A DNA stretch of 55,996 nucleotides from Verrucomicrobiota bacterium (GTDB lineage Bacteria > Verrucomicrobiota > Verrucomicrobiia > Chthoniobacterales > JAFAMB01). The position numbers and the translations under genes were made by a program. The stretch spans positions 1-55,996 of the forward strand of contig JAFAHI010000613.1 of NCBI GenBank assembly GCA_019237325.1, given 5' to 3'. The first letter of the stretch is position 1; the number at the start of each line of letters is the position of its first letter. The notes beneath the pieces were generated by a model. That model searched no databases, was not told the origin of the DNA, and worked only from the letters and a program-made list of their open reading frames with translations. This document shows, in pieces, positions 27,094 to 37,210 of this stretch.

Positions 27094-27585
27094 ATGCCTC
27101 CAGCCGCGCGAGTCACCGATCCGGTATCGCATCCGCTTCCTCCGGTGTTAAGCCCTGGCCCGGGCAGCCTCAACGTGTTGATTGGGGGCCTGCCTGCGTG
27201 GCGCGGGATTCCGGCCGCAGCGGCAGCCGGTTTGCAGGTAGCCAAACAGGCTTCGGATGCGACGATCAAAACGGCAGAAGCCGCCTCCCTGGCTGCCTCC
27301 GGTACGCCGGGCGCACCTGCTGCCAAGGCAGCCGAGCAAACGACCAAAGCAACCGCCGCTTCAACCATGGGCTCGGCGATTACCTCCGCAGCGGGTGGAG
27401 CGGATATTCATACCTGCACTACGCCCCTGCCGGTGCCGCCACATGGCCCAGGAGTAGTCATTGACGCTTGTCCGACTGTCCTGATTAATAACCTTCCGGC
27501 AGCGCGGATGGGTGACACGATCCTTGAGGCCGTTGGGCCGCCGAACAAAATCGCCATGGGATGTCCGACAGTCATTATTGGGTGA
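27094..27585 (+). CDS. PAAR-domain protein with an Ala-rich insertion
   Basis: It has MPPAARVTDPVSHP, GGLPAWRG and NNLPAARMGD PAAR-type motifs. About 75 aa of Ala/Thr-rich sequence sits between them. A GGGAAG Shine-Dalgarno-like element lies upstream of the ATG at 27094. Confidence 0.85.
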   Translation: MPPAARVTDPVSHPLPPVLSPGPGSLNVLIGGLPAWRGIPAAAAAGLQVAKQASDATIKTAEAASLAASGTPGAPAAKAAEQTTKATAASTMGSAITSAAGGADIHTCTTPLPVPPHGPGVVIDACPTVLINNLPAARMGDTILEAVGPPNKIAMGCPTVIIG

Positions 27586-27689
27586 CGATGGGAAGCTGAT
27601 GTGGCGACCCCGCTGCTGACGGTATTCGGGACCTCTGTCTTTTTCTTTGCGACTCTGTGTCTTGGCGTGAGACTTTTTCTGTGCGGCGT

Positions 27690-29954
27690 TTATGACCGCA
27701 CAGATTTCTGACCGGACTTAGAATCATCGGCCACCGTTGGTTTGGTTGGACTCGCCTCCGTAGGCGCATCTGGGCTAATCGGGTTACTGCCGCTACCTGA
27801 GCCGGCGGATCCTCCGCTGTTGATCATGACCATTGTGCCCTGAATGGTTACGCCGGTTGGCCCGATCGTTACAAAGCCGCCGGCTCCCTTCAACGTGAGT
27901 TCCATCCCAGCCTCGATTACCACCGTCATCCCCGCCTTCAGATGGATCTCCATGCCGGCGTCCAACGCATGATTCTGTCCAACCTTCTCCTGCTGATTCA
28001 TGACGACCGTCAGCGACTGGCTACCACCGATTTTTTCTTTTCGGTCGCCCGTCACCTGTAAGTTATCCGTCTGACCGATCGATTCTTTTCTGGTCCCCTT
28101 AATCACAACGTCCTGATTACCTTGCCCGGAATCGATCCCGCCGATCAGCAATTGCATACTATCACCAATCTGCTCGACCTGGTTCCGGTTAACGATCAGA
28201 TTTTTATCCTGATAAACCTCTTCGAATTGACTACCAGTTTTTTGCCCGTCCTTGTCGGTACCAATAATCTGATGACGGTTAGCGAAAGTGCGCGCCAGGG
28301 AATCGTTCTTAGTCGTTATGTTCAGGTCACGCTCTGCATGTAGAAAGAGCTCTTCATGATCCTTGGTATCATCGAAGCGGATCTCGTTAAACCCGATCCC
28401 ACCCAGGGTAGTGTTCGTTTTAACTCCACTAACGTTAGGGTCATTCTTATGCTTAGAATCCAATCCATCGCCTTCATAGGGCGGCATCTGTTCGGCGTTA
28501 TAAACGCTGCCCACGATAACCGGCTGATCGGGATCACCCTCTACAAAAGCCACTAAAACTTCCTGACCTAGCCGTGGCCAAAAAGAAGCTCCCCAGCGTT
28601 TGCCGGCAAACCATTGGCCGACCCGGATCCAGCAGGAACTGTTTTCGTCTTTCTTGCCCTGGCGATCCCAATAGAACTGCACCTTCACCCGACCATATTT
28701 GTCGATAAAAATCTCTTTGCCGGAAGGGCCAACCACGAGCGCATTTTGAACTCCGGCGATGAATGGGATGGGCGTCTCTCGCGGGGGACGGTAAGGAAGC
28801 TGTATGGGAATGCAGGTAAAAGTATTCGTGTAAGTGAGACCAGCATCACCTTGCCCTGATCGAAAAGGCTCCCCTAGCGAACCATTGTGCACGACTGAGA
28901 CCAGAACATATTCTCCCTGCGCGTCGAAATGGCGATCCAAAGAAAATTTATGGCCCGTCACAAAATTGGCGCAGGTCGATGTGCCCTGAATCGCCAAAGC
29001 CGGAACCGCCTCCCTTTCCATTCGAAGTTTAACCGTGCGCTGGTTATCGTCGAAGAGTTTCTGTAAGCGCGATGGCTGATCGCCGCCGCTGGGAGAGATC
29101 CCGTCAAAACGTTCCGCGTAACCTCCAGGAAAATCGTAAATCTCGAGCGGACTATTAACCTGATCTTTCAACTGGTGTGTCACCGTACCAACCTGAACCG
29201 ACGCGAGGATATTCTGTTTGGCCTCGAGATTCTGGGTTGGTTGCTGAAAGTGATGGTCCCACAGGGTGTATTTGGATGCCCGGACTGCCTGGGTCTTTTT
29301 CCACTGAATGATGTGATCGCCCGTACGCGGGCCGCCCTCAATCATCTGATACCTGGCCTTAGTAAGCCCGGGCACATCGGTATGGGACTGCGGAGTATCG
29401 GCAATAATCATCTTGTGGCCGCTCTTACTATGCGTAAAGAAATAGTAGATCCCCTCGTCTTCCATTAGCCGGCTCGCAAAACTGAAGTCAGTTTCCCGAT
29501 ACTGCACACAATATTCCCGGGGTTCATACTGGCCTCGCAGTTGATAGTCGCAATCGTATCCCTGGAACACCTGTTTCAGGATATCCGGTACAGATTTTTG
29601 CTGAAAAATCCGGCTTTGCGCCACGTGAGTGAGTAACCAGATTTTCGGTACGACTTGAGCGAAATAACTCGTGAACTCCAGGTTACGGTCCCCTTCCGAG
29701 AACGAGGCACAGATGCCATTCACATAACGCCACTCGGTACTACCTCCGTTCCCCGGGGTAGTGACCGCGAGTGTAATGGGATTACCGATGAGCCGGTTAA
29801 AATCGACCGTAGTCGAATTTTCACCAACTAAATCCAGTTCAAATGAGAACGGCCGGCTGATTGTTTCAGTGCCTCGGAATCCAGTCACCACCAGAGCATC
29901 CTCACCAAGAGGAGTGGTTACCTGTAACAGTCGATTCTTTTGCGAAAGGGCCAT
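27690..29954 (-). CDS. vgrG: T6SS spike protein VgrG (TssI)
   Basis: 754 aa. It begins LLQVTTPLGEDALVVTGFRGTETISRPFSFELDL and has gp27/gp5-like regions, C-terminal beta-helix repeats and a Gly/Ser tail. No extra effector domain is present. Confidence 0.92.
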   Translation of the reverse strand: MALSQKNRLLQVTTPLGEDALVVTGFRGTETISRPFSFELDLVGENSTTVDFNRLIGNPITLAVTTPGNGGSTEWRYVNGICASFSEGDRNLEFTSYFAQVVPKIWLLTHVAQSRIFQQKSVPDILKQVFQGYDCDYQLRGQYEPREYCVQYRETDFSFASRLMEDEGIYYFFTHSKSGHKMIIADTPQSHTDVPGLTKARYQMIEGGPRTGDHIIQWKKTQAVRASKYTLWDHHFQQPTQNLEAKQNILASVQVGTVTHQLKDQVNSPLEIYDFPGGYAERFDGISPSGGDQPSRLQKLFDDNQRTVKLRMEREAVPALAIQGTSTCANFVTGHKFSLDRHFDAQGEYVLVSVVHNGSLGEPFRSGQGDAGLTYTNTFTCIPIQLPYRPPRETPIPFIAGVQNALVVGPSGKEIFIDKYGRVKVQFYWDRQGKKDENSSCWIRVGQWFAGKRWGASFWPRLGQEVLVAFVEGDPDQPVIVGSVYNAEQMPPYEGDGLDSKHKNDPNVSGVKTNTTLGGIGFNEIRFDDTKDHEELFLHAERDLNITTKNDSLARTFANRHQIIGTDKDGQKTGSQFEEVYQDKNLIVNRNQVEQIGDSMQLLIGGIDSGQGNQDVVIKGTRKESIGQTDNLQVTGDRKEKIGGSQSLTVVMNQQEKVGQNHALDAGMEIHLKAGMTVVIEAGMELTLKGAGGFVTIGPTGVTIQGTMVMINSGGSAGSGSGSNPISPDAPTEASPTKPTVADDSKSGQKSVRS

Positions 29955-30017
29955 GAAGGGTCTTTGAATACGTTCAACTAACTTCGAGCATTTGATGTCC
30001 GGGGTCTTTTTCGGCGG

Positions 30018-30141
30018 CCGGGAGGGCGCGCGTCCTCGCGCGCCGTGAAGACGTTTCCGACCTTGAGACGTAATTCATCGCTTAACGCTGGAACGTCATC
30101 GCTCCGCAAACAACGGATCGCGAGGACGCGATCCCTCCCGG
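30018..30141. repeat. pair of inverted 29-nt elements (30018-30046 / 30113-30141), each itself an 8-bp/4-nt-loop hairpin, between clpV and vgrG
   Basis: CCGGGAGGGCGCGCGTCCTCGCGCGCCGT versus the reverse complement of ACGGATCGCGAGGACGCGATCCCTCCCGG matches at 25 of 29 positions. The four differences are two compensatory pairs (CG..CG versus AT..AT), which preserve each local stem. Confidence 0.8.
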
Positions 30142-30151
30142 TGTTTGGAAT

Positions 30152-32848
30152 TTACGCATACTCATACGCAAAACTCCCGTCCTTGACGGCAACCTGCACC
30201 TTTTGCGGGCTAGCCCCTTCCATCAGGCGATTGAGGAGCTCGCGGCTAATCTCCGGCAGAAGGGTTTGGGTTAGAATCGCATCGACCATACGGCCGCCGC
30301 TTTCAAGCTCGGTACAGCGGCTCGCGATCAGATCCACTACCGCATCATCGTAGTTTAACGAAATTTCTTGGCCTTCACTAAGCCGCTTTTGCACCCGGCC
30401 CAGTTGCAGGCGGATGATCGATTTTAACATCGCATCACTCAAAGGATAATAAGGAATCACCACTAGACGTCCGAGCAACGCCGCAGGAAAGACTTTGAGG
30501 AGCGGAGGTCGCAGCGCCTTAGCAATCCCTTCCGGAGACGGCATCATATCGGGTTCCTTACATAAATTCATGATCAGATCACTCCCTACATTAGTCGTGA
30601 GCAGAATAATGGTGTTCTTAAAGTCGATCAGCCTGCCTTCGCCATCCTCCATCATGCCTTTGTCGAAGACCTGGAAAAAGATCTCGTGCACATCCGAGTG
30701 CGCTTTTTCGACCTCATCCAATAACACAACGCTGTACGGTCTGCGTCGAACCGCTTCGGTGAGGATACCCCCCTCTCCGTATCCAACGTATCCAGGAGGA
30801 GCGCCCTTTAACGTGGAAACGGTGTGCGCCTCCTGAAATTCACTCATGTTGATGGTGATGATGTTCGTCTCCCCCCCATACAACGTTTCCGCCAGGGAAA
30901 GAGCCGTCTCCGTCTTCCCCACCCCGCTGGGACCGGCTAGCAGAAAAACCCCAATCGGTTTGCTGGGATTATCTAACCCAGCCCGGGAGGTCTGAATCCG
31001 TTTGGCAATGGCTTCCAAACCATGCCGCTGTCCTACTACACGCTTTTCAAGATTGTCCGCCAACGTGAGGACGGCCTGGATTTCATCTTTCACCATGCGC
31101 CCCACCGGGATACCAGTCCAATCCGCTACTACCGAAGCGACGGCTTGTTCGTCTACACTAGGCAGAATAAGCGGTTCCTCACCTTGAATAGCGGTTAGTT
31201 CTTTCTCTAACTCTCTCAGTTTAGTGAGCAAAGCTTCCCGGTCCTTTTTCGGATCCTGGTCCGGCGCCTCACCGCCATTTTTTCCGGAGGCGGCATTTTC
31301 ATTTGTGCTTAACTTTTTCCGCGTTTCCAGAAGTTGATCGACGACTTCCTTTTCTTTTTTGTAAAGATCTTCCAGCTTGGTTAGTCGCTCTTTTTCCGCT
31401 GCCAGCTGGGCATCGACCTCCTCTTTGCGTGCTCCATGATCGATGCCGATAGCAGTCTCTCGCTCGATCATCGCGATCTCGCTTTGCAACGCCGCGATTT
31501 TACGCTGGCTATCTTCGAGAGCGGGCGGCGTGGCGTGCTGACTGATGGCGACCCGGGCGCAGGCCGTATCAATTAAACTGACGGCTTTATCCGGCAACTG
31601 TCTGGACGGAATATAACGATGCGACAAGCGCGCCGCCGCCTCCAGAGCCTCATCGAGCAAATGAACTCCGTGATGCTTTTCCAGAACTGGAGCCAGGCCT
31701 CGAATCATCAGTACCGTCTTCGCTTCATCAGGTTCCTCGACTTTGATCACCTGAAAGCGCCGGGTCAGAGCCGGATCCTTCTCAATATACTTTTTGTATT
31801 CAGCCCAAGTGGTGGCGGCGATGGTCCGCAAGGTACCGCGGGCAAGTGCCGGTTTAAGCAGGTTAGCGGCATCACCCTGACCCGCCGCGCCCCCGGCGCC
31901 AATCAGCGTATGCGCTTCGTCGATGAACAAGATAATGGGCTTCGGGGACGCTTGAACTTCCTCAATAACCTGACGAATTCGATTCTCAAATTCGCCTTTC
32001 ATACTCGCACCAGCTTGGAGAAGGCCAAGATCCAGCGTCCGCAGAACCACCTCTTTCAGCGCCGGTGGAACATCACCCGCTGCAATTCGCAGGGCGAACC
32101 CCTCTACCACCGCAGTCTTACCCACACCGGCTTCACCGGTCAGGATGGGATTGTTTTGCCGCCGCCGCATTAAAATATCGACAATTTGTCGAATCTCTTC
32201 ATCGCGGCCGAGGATCGGATCGATTTCGCCTTTTCGTGCTTTCTCGGTGAGATCGACTGAGTAACGAGCGAGCGCTTCTTGTTTGCCCATCGCCGCCGGA
32301 GCCAGCGCCCCGCTGGTTTCACCTGGAACCGCTCCGGCAGCGCCGGCTTCGTCGGCAGCGCCCAGCGACTCTTCCGGGGAACCCGATAGAATTTTGGAAA
32401 AGTCGTCAGTCAGAGCATCTAGCTTAATCTTGGCGAATTCCTTGGAGAGACTCAGAAAAACGTTTCGCAAGCTTGGCGTCTTCAATAAACCGACCACGAT
32501 GTGACCGGTGCGGACCCGGCGGTCACCGAAGAGCAGCGATCCGAATACCCAACCCCGTTCAACCGCTTCTTCCAGATGGGGAGAAAAGTCGGAAATCGAA
32601 GTGGCACCCCGCGGCAATTTATCCAGAGAGGTCGTTAGGTCGGTCGCCAGTCGAGCGGGATTGAGCTCGAAGAATTTAACGATGCGATGCTGATCCGAAT
32701 CCGTCAGCTGAAAAACTTGATGGAACCAGTGAACCAATTCCACATAAGGGTTACCTCTCATCTTACAAAATATCGTCGCACTCTCGACGGCTTTGTAAGC
32801 AATCGGGTTCAGTTTACCGAACAAAATCGACCTCTTGATTTCAGCCAT
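30152..32848 (-). CDS. clpV: T6SS AAA+ ATPase ClpV (TssH)
   Basis: 898 aa. It has a ClpV-type N-domain, two Walker A motifs ([16 protein letters not shown]) and a middle coiled coil. Confidence 0.93.
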   Translation of the reverse strand: MAEIKRSILFGKLNPIAYKAVESATIFCKMRGNPYVELVHWFHQVFQLTDSDQHRIVKFFELNPARLATDLTTSLDKLPRGATSISDFSPHLEEAVERGWVFGSLLFGDRRVRTGHIVVGLLKTPSLRNVFLSLSKEFAKIKLDALTDDFSKILSGSPEESLGAADEAGAAGAVPGETSGALAPAAMGKQEALARYSVDLTEKARKGEIDPILGRDEEIRQIVDILMRRRQNNPILTGEAGVGKTAVVEGFALRIAAGDVPPALKEVVLRTLDLGLLQAGASMKGEFENRIRQVIEEVQASPKPIILFIDEAHTLIGAGGAAGQGDAANLLKPALARGTLRTIAATTWAEYKKYIEKDPALTRRFQVIKVEEPDEAKTVLMIRGLAPVLEKHHGVHLLDEALEAAARLSHRYIPSRQLPDKAVSLIDTACARVAISQHATPPALEDSQRKIAALQSEIAMIERETAIGIDHGARKEEVDAQLAAEKERLTKLEDLYKKEKEVVDQLLETRKKLSTNENAASGKNGGEAPDQDPKKDREALLTKLRELEKELTAIQGEEPLILPSVDEQAVASVVADWTGIPVGRMVKDEIQAVLTLADNLEKRVVGQRHGLEAIAKRIQTSRAGLDNPSKPIGVFLLAGPSGVGKTETALSLAETLYGGETNIITINMSEFQEAHTVSTLKGAPPGYVGYGEGGILTEAVRRRPYSVVLLDEVEKAHSDVHEIFFQVFDKGMMEDGEGRLIDFKNTIILLTTNVGSDLIMNLCKEPDMMPSPEGIAKALRPPLLKVFPAALLGRLVVIPYYPLSDAMLKSIIRLQLGRVQKRLSEGQEISLNYDDAVVDLIASRCTELESGGRMVDAILTQTLLPEISRELLNRLMEGASPQKVQVAVKDGSFAYEYA

Positions 32849-32914
32849 AGGTTCTTGGCCCGCGTTGCGGCCTCCGGAAGTTAGATATTACTGTCAGCCG
32901 GTTAACAAAATTGG

Positions 32915-33928
32915 TTAATAATTTTGGGGATCAAAGATAGGATCATCGGCATCCCGATGGAATGGCTGGCTTTTTAGCCAAGTCGTCCAACCGAGCAAAC
33001 CATCTTGTCCCAAGGAAATCGCCGGTACCGCCGGCGCCTTTAGCACACATTGCAGATCCCAGAAGAGTTCCCGATTGATATAATTCAGGACCCAGTCTTT
33101 CAGTTTTTTAAAGTTGTCAGCCGCCGGGACCAGCCGTTTCAAGTCCTCGAGCTCCATTGGGCCCATCCTGATCCGGAATTTAAGTTGCGCCTCATACTTT
33201 TGGGAACCGGCAATCGCATTGACACCCAAGGTTCCCGTCTCGGGTGATTCTCCGAGGCGGCATTGATTTTCTGGGGGGATTTTCATCCAGAACCCGGCGA
33301 ACTCCTGTATCTCCGTGGGCACGCCAAAAAAGTCTCCCAGAATGGCTTCCAGCCCCTCCGCGTTTCGGCTCTGGGCCGCTAAATGGCCTGAGAAATAGAT
33401 TTTCGCGGGATCAGGTACTGTGTCGCGTTCGCGCAAGCCGGGCATGGCGATGCCGAACAAGCTTCCGAAATAGTTGGCGTAACGAGATTCCTCCGGACGA
33501 TCAAAGTCAGCGCTTTTCTGGTTGAGTGCCCAAGCCCGATAAAAGAATGACAACATCCGGTGATGAAAGACATCCATGAACCGGACGAAAGTCGGATCAT
33601 GAGCATTTCGGTACCGGTCCCGCGCGAAGTCGGTCAGATGTTGAGGCAACGGGCCGTTCGGGCCGAACATGCCGAGAAAATTGACGAACAGGCGGAGCCC
33701 CTTTTCTACCTGCTCTGCACCTTCCAAGGTTGACGGCGCAAAAGACAGCGACGGGATTTGGCAGAAACGCAGAAAATCCTCTTCCAGCCGGATCGAGTTC
33801 CCGACTCGTGGTCGATCACGGAATTCTGCCTCCAGCATCCGGACCGCCCGATAAAAATTAAACGCGTACGGATTGGAAGTGATTTCCTCGGCTAGATTAT
33901 CTGACGTTTGCCGATCAGGCTCGGCCAT
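32915..33928 (-). CDS. tssG: T6SS baseplate protein TssG
   Basis: 337 aa with YAFNFYRAVRMLE near the N-terminus. It overlaps the tssF 3' end. Confidence 0.88.
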   Translation of the reverse strand: MAEPDRQTSDNLAEEITSNPYAFNFYRAVRMLEAEFRDRPRVGNSIRLEEDFLRFCQIPSLSFAPSTLEGAEQVEKGLRLFVNFLGMFGPNGPLPQHLTDFARDRYRNAHDPTFVRFMDVFHHRMLSFFYRAWALNQKSADFDRPEESRYANYFGSLFGIAMPGLRERDTVPDPAKIYFSGHLAAQSRNAEGLEAILGDFFGVPTEIQEFAGFWMKIPPENQCRLGESPETGTLGVNAIAGSQKYEAQLKFRIRMGPMELEDLKRLVPAADNFKKLKDWVLNYINRELFWDLQCVLKAPAVPAISLGQDGLLGWTTWLKSQPFHRDADDPIFDPQNY

Positions 33929-35757
33929 CGCATGATCTCCCCTCGACGTTGCGAGACGATGACGGTCTCGGTGAAAGAATTAATGGAAACGTAGCGCGCG
34001 AAAAATTGGGCGAGCACTGCCCCCAGGACAAAGATGCCGCTTCCCTCGAACGCTGACTCATCCATGATTACTTTTATTTCCAGACCACGCGCAAAAGTGA
34101 GAGGGCCGGGAACATCGACTCGGCGGATAATTGGATTCGAGACCGCCGATCGAATGCCATCAATCTGGCGAAGGGTAAATAAGTCGTTCGGGTTGACGTA
34201 AAGCTTGAGCAACTCTCGGAGGGGGGCGGCACCCTCACCGTCCTTGGCATCGAGGAGAGAAAGGTAATTCAAGGACAGATGGCTGATGACGCGCCACGAA
34301 GGATCACCCTGACCAGTCGACGCCACCGGGATCGTCGGGCCAACCAGCCAACGAATCGATGTGACCGGCGCATAAAGCTCGGTGGTCATATCGGTCTCCC
34401 CAATCGAGATCGGCGATTGGAGAGGCAAATGCCGATTGGTGCATAACGCGGTTGAGTTCAGTTGACTCAGACGCCGCGGATAAGGCGCCGACTTTGCATC
34501 CACCAGCGAAATGAAAACTTCGCTGCCCGCATAAGAGGAGACGGCGCCGAATTTCTTTTCTTTTGCGGTCAAAACCCTCGGCGCTCTATGAACGGTGTAA
34601 TACGCCCCCGAGTGATCGCCCTCGCTTCTCGCCCGATAGAATGGCTCGAATCTCTGTTCTTGATTTGAGTCGGCGGTAACACCGGCGACCTCTTCGATCT
34701 GATAAACTTCGAACTCGATCGGACGGGTCCGTTCCGGCACGATATGAAACTCGGAAAAGCGGTCCGAAATTAATATCGGGTCAAGCCGTTTGCGGAACAG
34801 ATTAATTATCGGCGTACAAAACAGCGCAAAAGTGCTGGCATCGATGCGATTGTCGAGTCTCGGTTCGGGAGCGCGCAACGCGATGATAATTTCCAGCCGA
34901 TCCGAGTCGGATCGTTGCACGGCTTGAGTAAGTCCGGTGAGTTCAAAAAAAAGAAACCGCTGCGGACAAGCAAAGTACTCCTTTAGCAACCGGTAACCCT
35001 CAAAGCTCCGTGGTCCGTTCGGGAGGATGGCCTCGTCTTCCTCAAAACCCACTCGCCGAATCGTGGAAGCCGGAAGAATCTCTCGAAACTGACGAGATCC
35101 TTTCGTCGTTTGTAGAATGACGTGCGAAGCTCGCGTGAAGATCTGCTCGTAGATCGAGATGGGAATTTCGTCACTTCCACGAATAAAGATCGGCAGTCGA
35201 TCCAGTTTCAGCTCTTCGAGCTTTCTGCCAGCATTGGTTTGCAGACGGATGAAAATCCCTGCCTTGGCCCCAAGCGCAGCCGGCAGCTCGAGGGCGACGA
35301 TATCACGAGTGTAGTACCTCGATTCAGTAATACGAAGTGGCCAGAGACGAAGATCATGCGAGGTCCGGAATTGGCACCGGGTCTCCTGATCGACACTTCG
35401 AAGCGCAGTTCCGCGCTCGAGCAAAAAACCATCTTCTGGTCCAGGTTCGCGCGGGTCGGGTTCAAAATGGGCTATCCCCATCGCGGGCACCGGAGCCAGG
35501 TAATGCGGATAAACCGTTTCCAGCAGCGTCTGGGTAAATCGGGGAAACTCGGCGTCGAGTTTTAGATGAACGCGCGCCGCCAGAAAAGCGAAGCCTTCCA
35601 GCAAACGTTCGACATAGGGATCCGGACAAATCTCCTTCGCATCACGATCCAAGGCCAAACGGCCGGCGATCTTGGGGAATTCACGAGCGAACTCCCCAGC
35701 CATTTCCCGCAGGTGGCGCAACTCGCTGTTGTAATAGGCCACCAACCGCTCATCCAT
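33892..35757 (-). CDS. tssF: T6SS baseplate protein TssF
   Basis: 621 aa beginning YYNSELRHLREMAGEFAREFPKIAGRL, a typical TssF N-terminus. Confidence 0.9.
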   Translation of the reverse strand: MDERLVAYYNSELRHLREMAGEFAREFPKIAGRLALDRDAKEICPDPYVERLLEGFAFLAARVHLKLDAEFPRFTQTLLETVYPHYLAPVPAMGIAHFEPDPREPGPEDGFLLERGTALRSVDQETRCQFRTSHDLRLWPLRITESRYYTRDIVALELPAALGAKAGIFIRLQTNAGRKLEELKLDRLPIFIRGSDEIPISIYEQIFTRASHVILQTTKGSRQFREILPASTIRRVGFEEDEAILPNGPRSFEGYRLLKEYFACPQRFLFFELTGLTQAVQRSDSDRLEIIIALRAPEPRLDNRIDASTFALFCTPIINLFRKRLDPILISDRFSEFHIVPERTRPIEFEVYQIEEVAGVTADSNQEQRFEPFYRARSEGDHSGAYYTVHRAPRVLTAKEKKFGAVSSYAGSEVFISLVDAKSAPYPRRLSQLNSTALCTNRHLPLQSPISIGETDMTTELYAPVTSIRWLVGPTIPVASTGQGDPSWRVISHLSLNYLSLLDAKDGEGAAPLRELLKLYVNPNDLFTLRQIDGIRSAVSNPIIRRVDVPGPLTFARGLEIKVIMDESAFEGSGIFVLGAVLAQFFARYVSINSFTETVIVSQRRGEIMRWPSLIGKRQII

Positions 35758-36253
35758 AGCCCACCTCTCTGGTACTGGACTCGGATGATTCTAGGTCTAG
35801 CTGCGTCCGAATGAACATTCTCTCCGGAATCGGGTGGACCCAGAGTTCGCCAGTGATATCGAACGATAACAGATTCCGTTCGATCGTCGCCTTGACTTTC
35901 AGCGTCTGGCGATTGATTCGCGGCTCGAAAACCACAATGGCATCAAATAGCTGCCTCTCAATTTCTTCGACATCCGGAGAGAGACGCCCATACAGCTGGC
36001 GAAGACCGAAGTTCAGTACGGAACGGTAAGCCTCCTCAAAATCGGCAAAGGTCAGTTCGCCGACTCGCTCATCGGGATAGTGGCCAATCGCGTTGAACAG
36101 CCAATCCAAATCACGAACCACTCCCGTCTTATAACGTTGGAGAGAAACGATGCGTTGATTTCGAGTCTCTTCCCTCTTGGCCGGTTCATCATCGGTTAGA
36201 CGGTCAAGCAGACAAGGCTGAAGCCGATCGAGCGGTGGGATTGCATCAGCCAT
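35750..36253 (-). CDS. tssE: T6SS baseplate protein TssE (gp25-like); the ORF could extend to 36289
   Basis: It has the LLDRLTDDEP motif and a GPW/gp25-like C-terminal half. The Met at 36253 avoids abutting the tagJ stop. Confidence 0.88.
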   Translation of the reverse strand: MADAIPPLDRLQPCLLDRLTDDEPAKREETRNQRIVSLQRYKTGVVRDLDWLFNAIGHYPDERVGELTFADFEEAYRSVLNFGLRQLYGRLSPDVEEIERQLFDAIVVFEPRINRQTLKVKATIERNLLSFDITGELWVHPIPERMFIRTQLDLESSESSTREVGYG

Positions 36254-36289
36254 GGGAACTATCCAACGAAAAATGAAACCCAGTGCCAA

Positions 36290-37093
36290 TCATTCAGCGC
36301 GCGCAGGCGTGAGCTCGAACTGTCGAACCTCCAACAGTGGATATTCATGCTTATCTGTCGCAAACAAACGTTGGCCAAGACCAAGTTGAATCCCGTTTTG
36401 CTCAAGCCACTCGGTTTTTCGCGCCAGCTTTAACTGATTATCGGTCGAATGCTCTGTGCCGGAATAGCGAGTGGGAATATGGCCCGTCGCCTGACCACCG
36501 TTCTCCCACACAAACTGCGCTGGCGCCCAAACCAGGTCTCGCAAGTCCGTGACCGGCTCTACTAGAATCTGGCGGATGCGACAAAAAGGGACCCAGTAGT
36601 AACGGCCTTCGAGAATCACTTCGAGGACCGGACCAAGCCTTTCGTCGGCATCGGCAATCCATTCAAACGGTTCCCCGTTGACGACGCCACCGCTCATGGG
36701 AGCAGCATCGAACGCCTGATCGCGTAACTCGATGCCTGCCTGAAACTCTCCTTTGCCGAAGAGTTCCATTGCCTGGACTAATCGGCCGATCCATTCCGGT
36801 GGTTCACCAAAAATGATCGGTGTTTGTTTACCGGCAAAAACATCTGCCCGGAACGCTTCGCAAAGGAGGACTGGTTCGAACACTCTGGCTAACATCATGC
36901 TCTCCGAATCCATGTCGGAGAGCACCCGCAGCTGCGTGTTCGCTCGTTGCCAATCGCCCAGCACGCTGAGCAACTGAAAAAGAAAGATCCGGGGTTTTGC
37001 ATTGGCCGGGTCCTCTCGGGCGACATCCTGAATGGTTTTCAGTGCCTCGTCTAGCCTGCCTTCTTTTAGGAAATCCTCCGCGGTCATTGGCAC
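36290..37093 (-). CDS. tagJ: T6SS accessory protein TagJ (ImpE family)
   Basis: 267 aa with an N-terminal TPR-like segment (EDFLKEGRLDEALKTIQDVAREDPANAKPRIFLFQLLSVLGDWQRA). It sits between hcp and tssE, as in H1-type clusters. Confidence 0.85.
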   Translation of the reverse strand: MPMTAEDFLKEGRLDEALKTIQDVAREDPANAKPRIFLFQLLSVLGDWQRANTQLRVLSDMDSESMMLARVFEPVLLCEAFRADVFAGKQTPIIFGEPPEWIGRLVQAMELFGKGEFQAGIELRDQAFDAAPMSGGVVNGEPFEWIADADERLGPVLEVILEGRYYWVPFCRIRQILVEPVTDLRDLVWAPAQFVWENGGQATGHIPTRYSGTEHSTDNQLKLARKTEWLEQNGIQLGLGQRLFATDKHEYPLLEVRQFELTPARAE

Positions 37094-37170
37094 ATCGTCC
37101 TACTGAGCCCGCTTACCGACCAAGCTGCAGCCGGCGAAGCAAAAGCTACGTTACTCTAATGTTGATGGGC

Positions 37171-37192
37171 TGCGGCCGGCGCGCCGGCCGCA
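37171..37192 (-). terminator. 22-nt perfect GC-rich palindrome 19 nt downstream of the hcp stop (terminator/attenuator-like hairpin)
   Basis: TGCGGCCGGCGCGCCGGCCGCA is its own reverse complement. There is no clean U-tract on the minus strand, so it may be a processing or stabilising hairpin rather than a full terminator. Confidence 0.45.
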
Positions 37193-37210
37193 CCATTTTA
37201 AAAGACGCTT

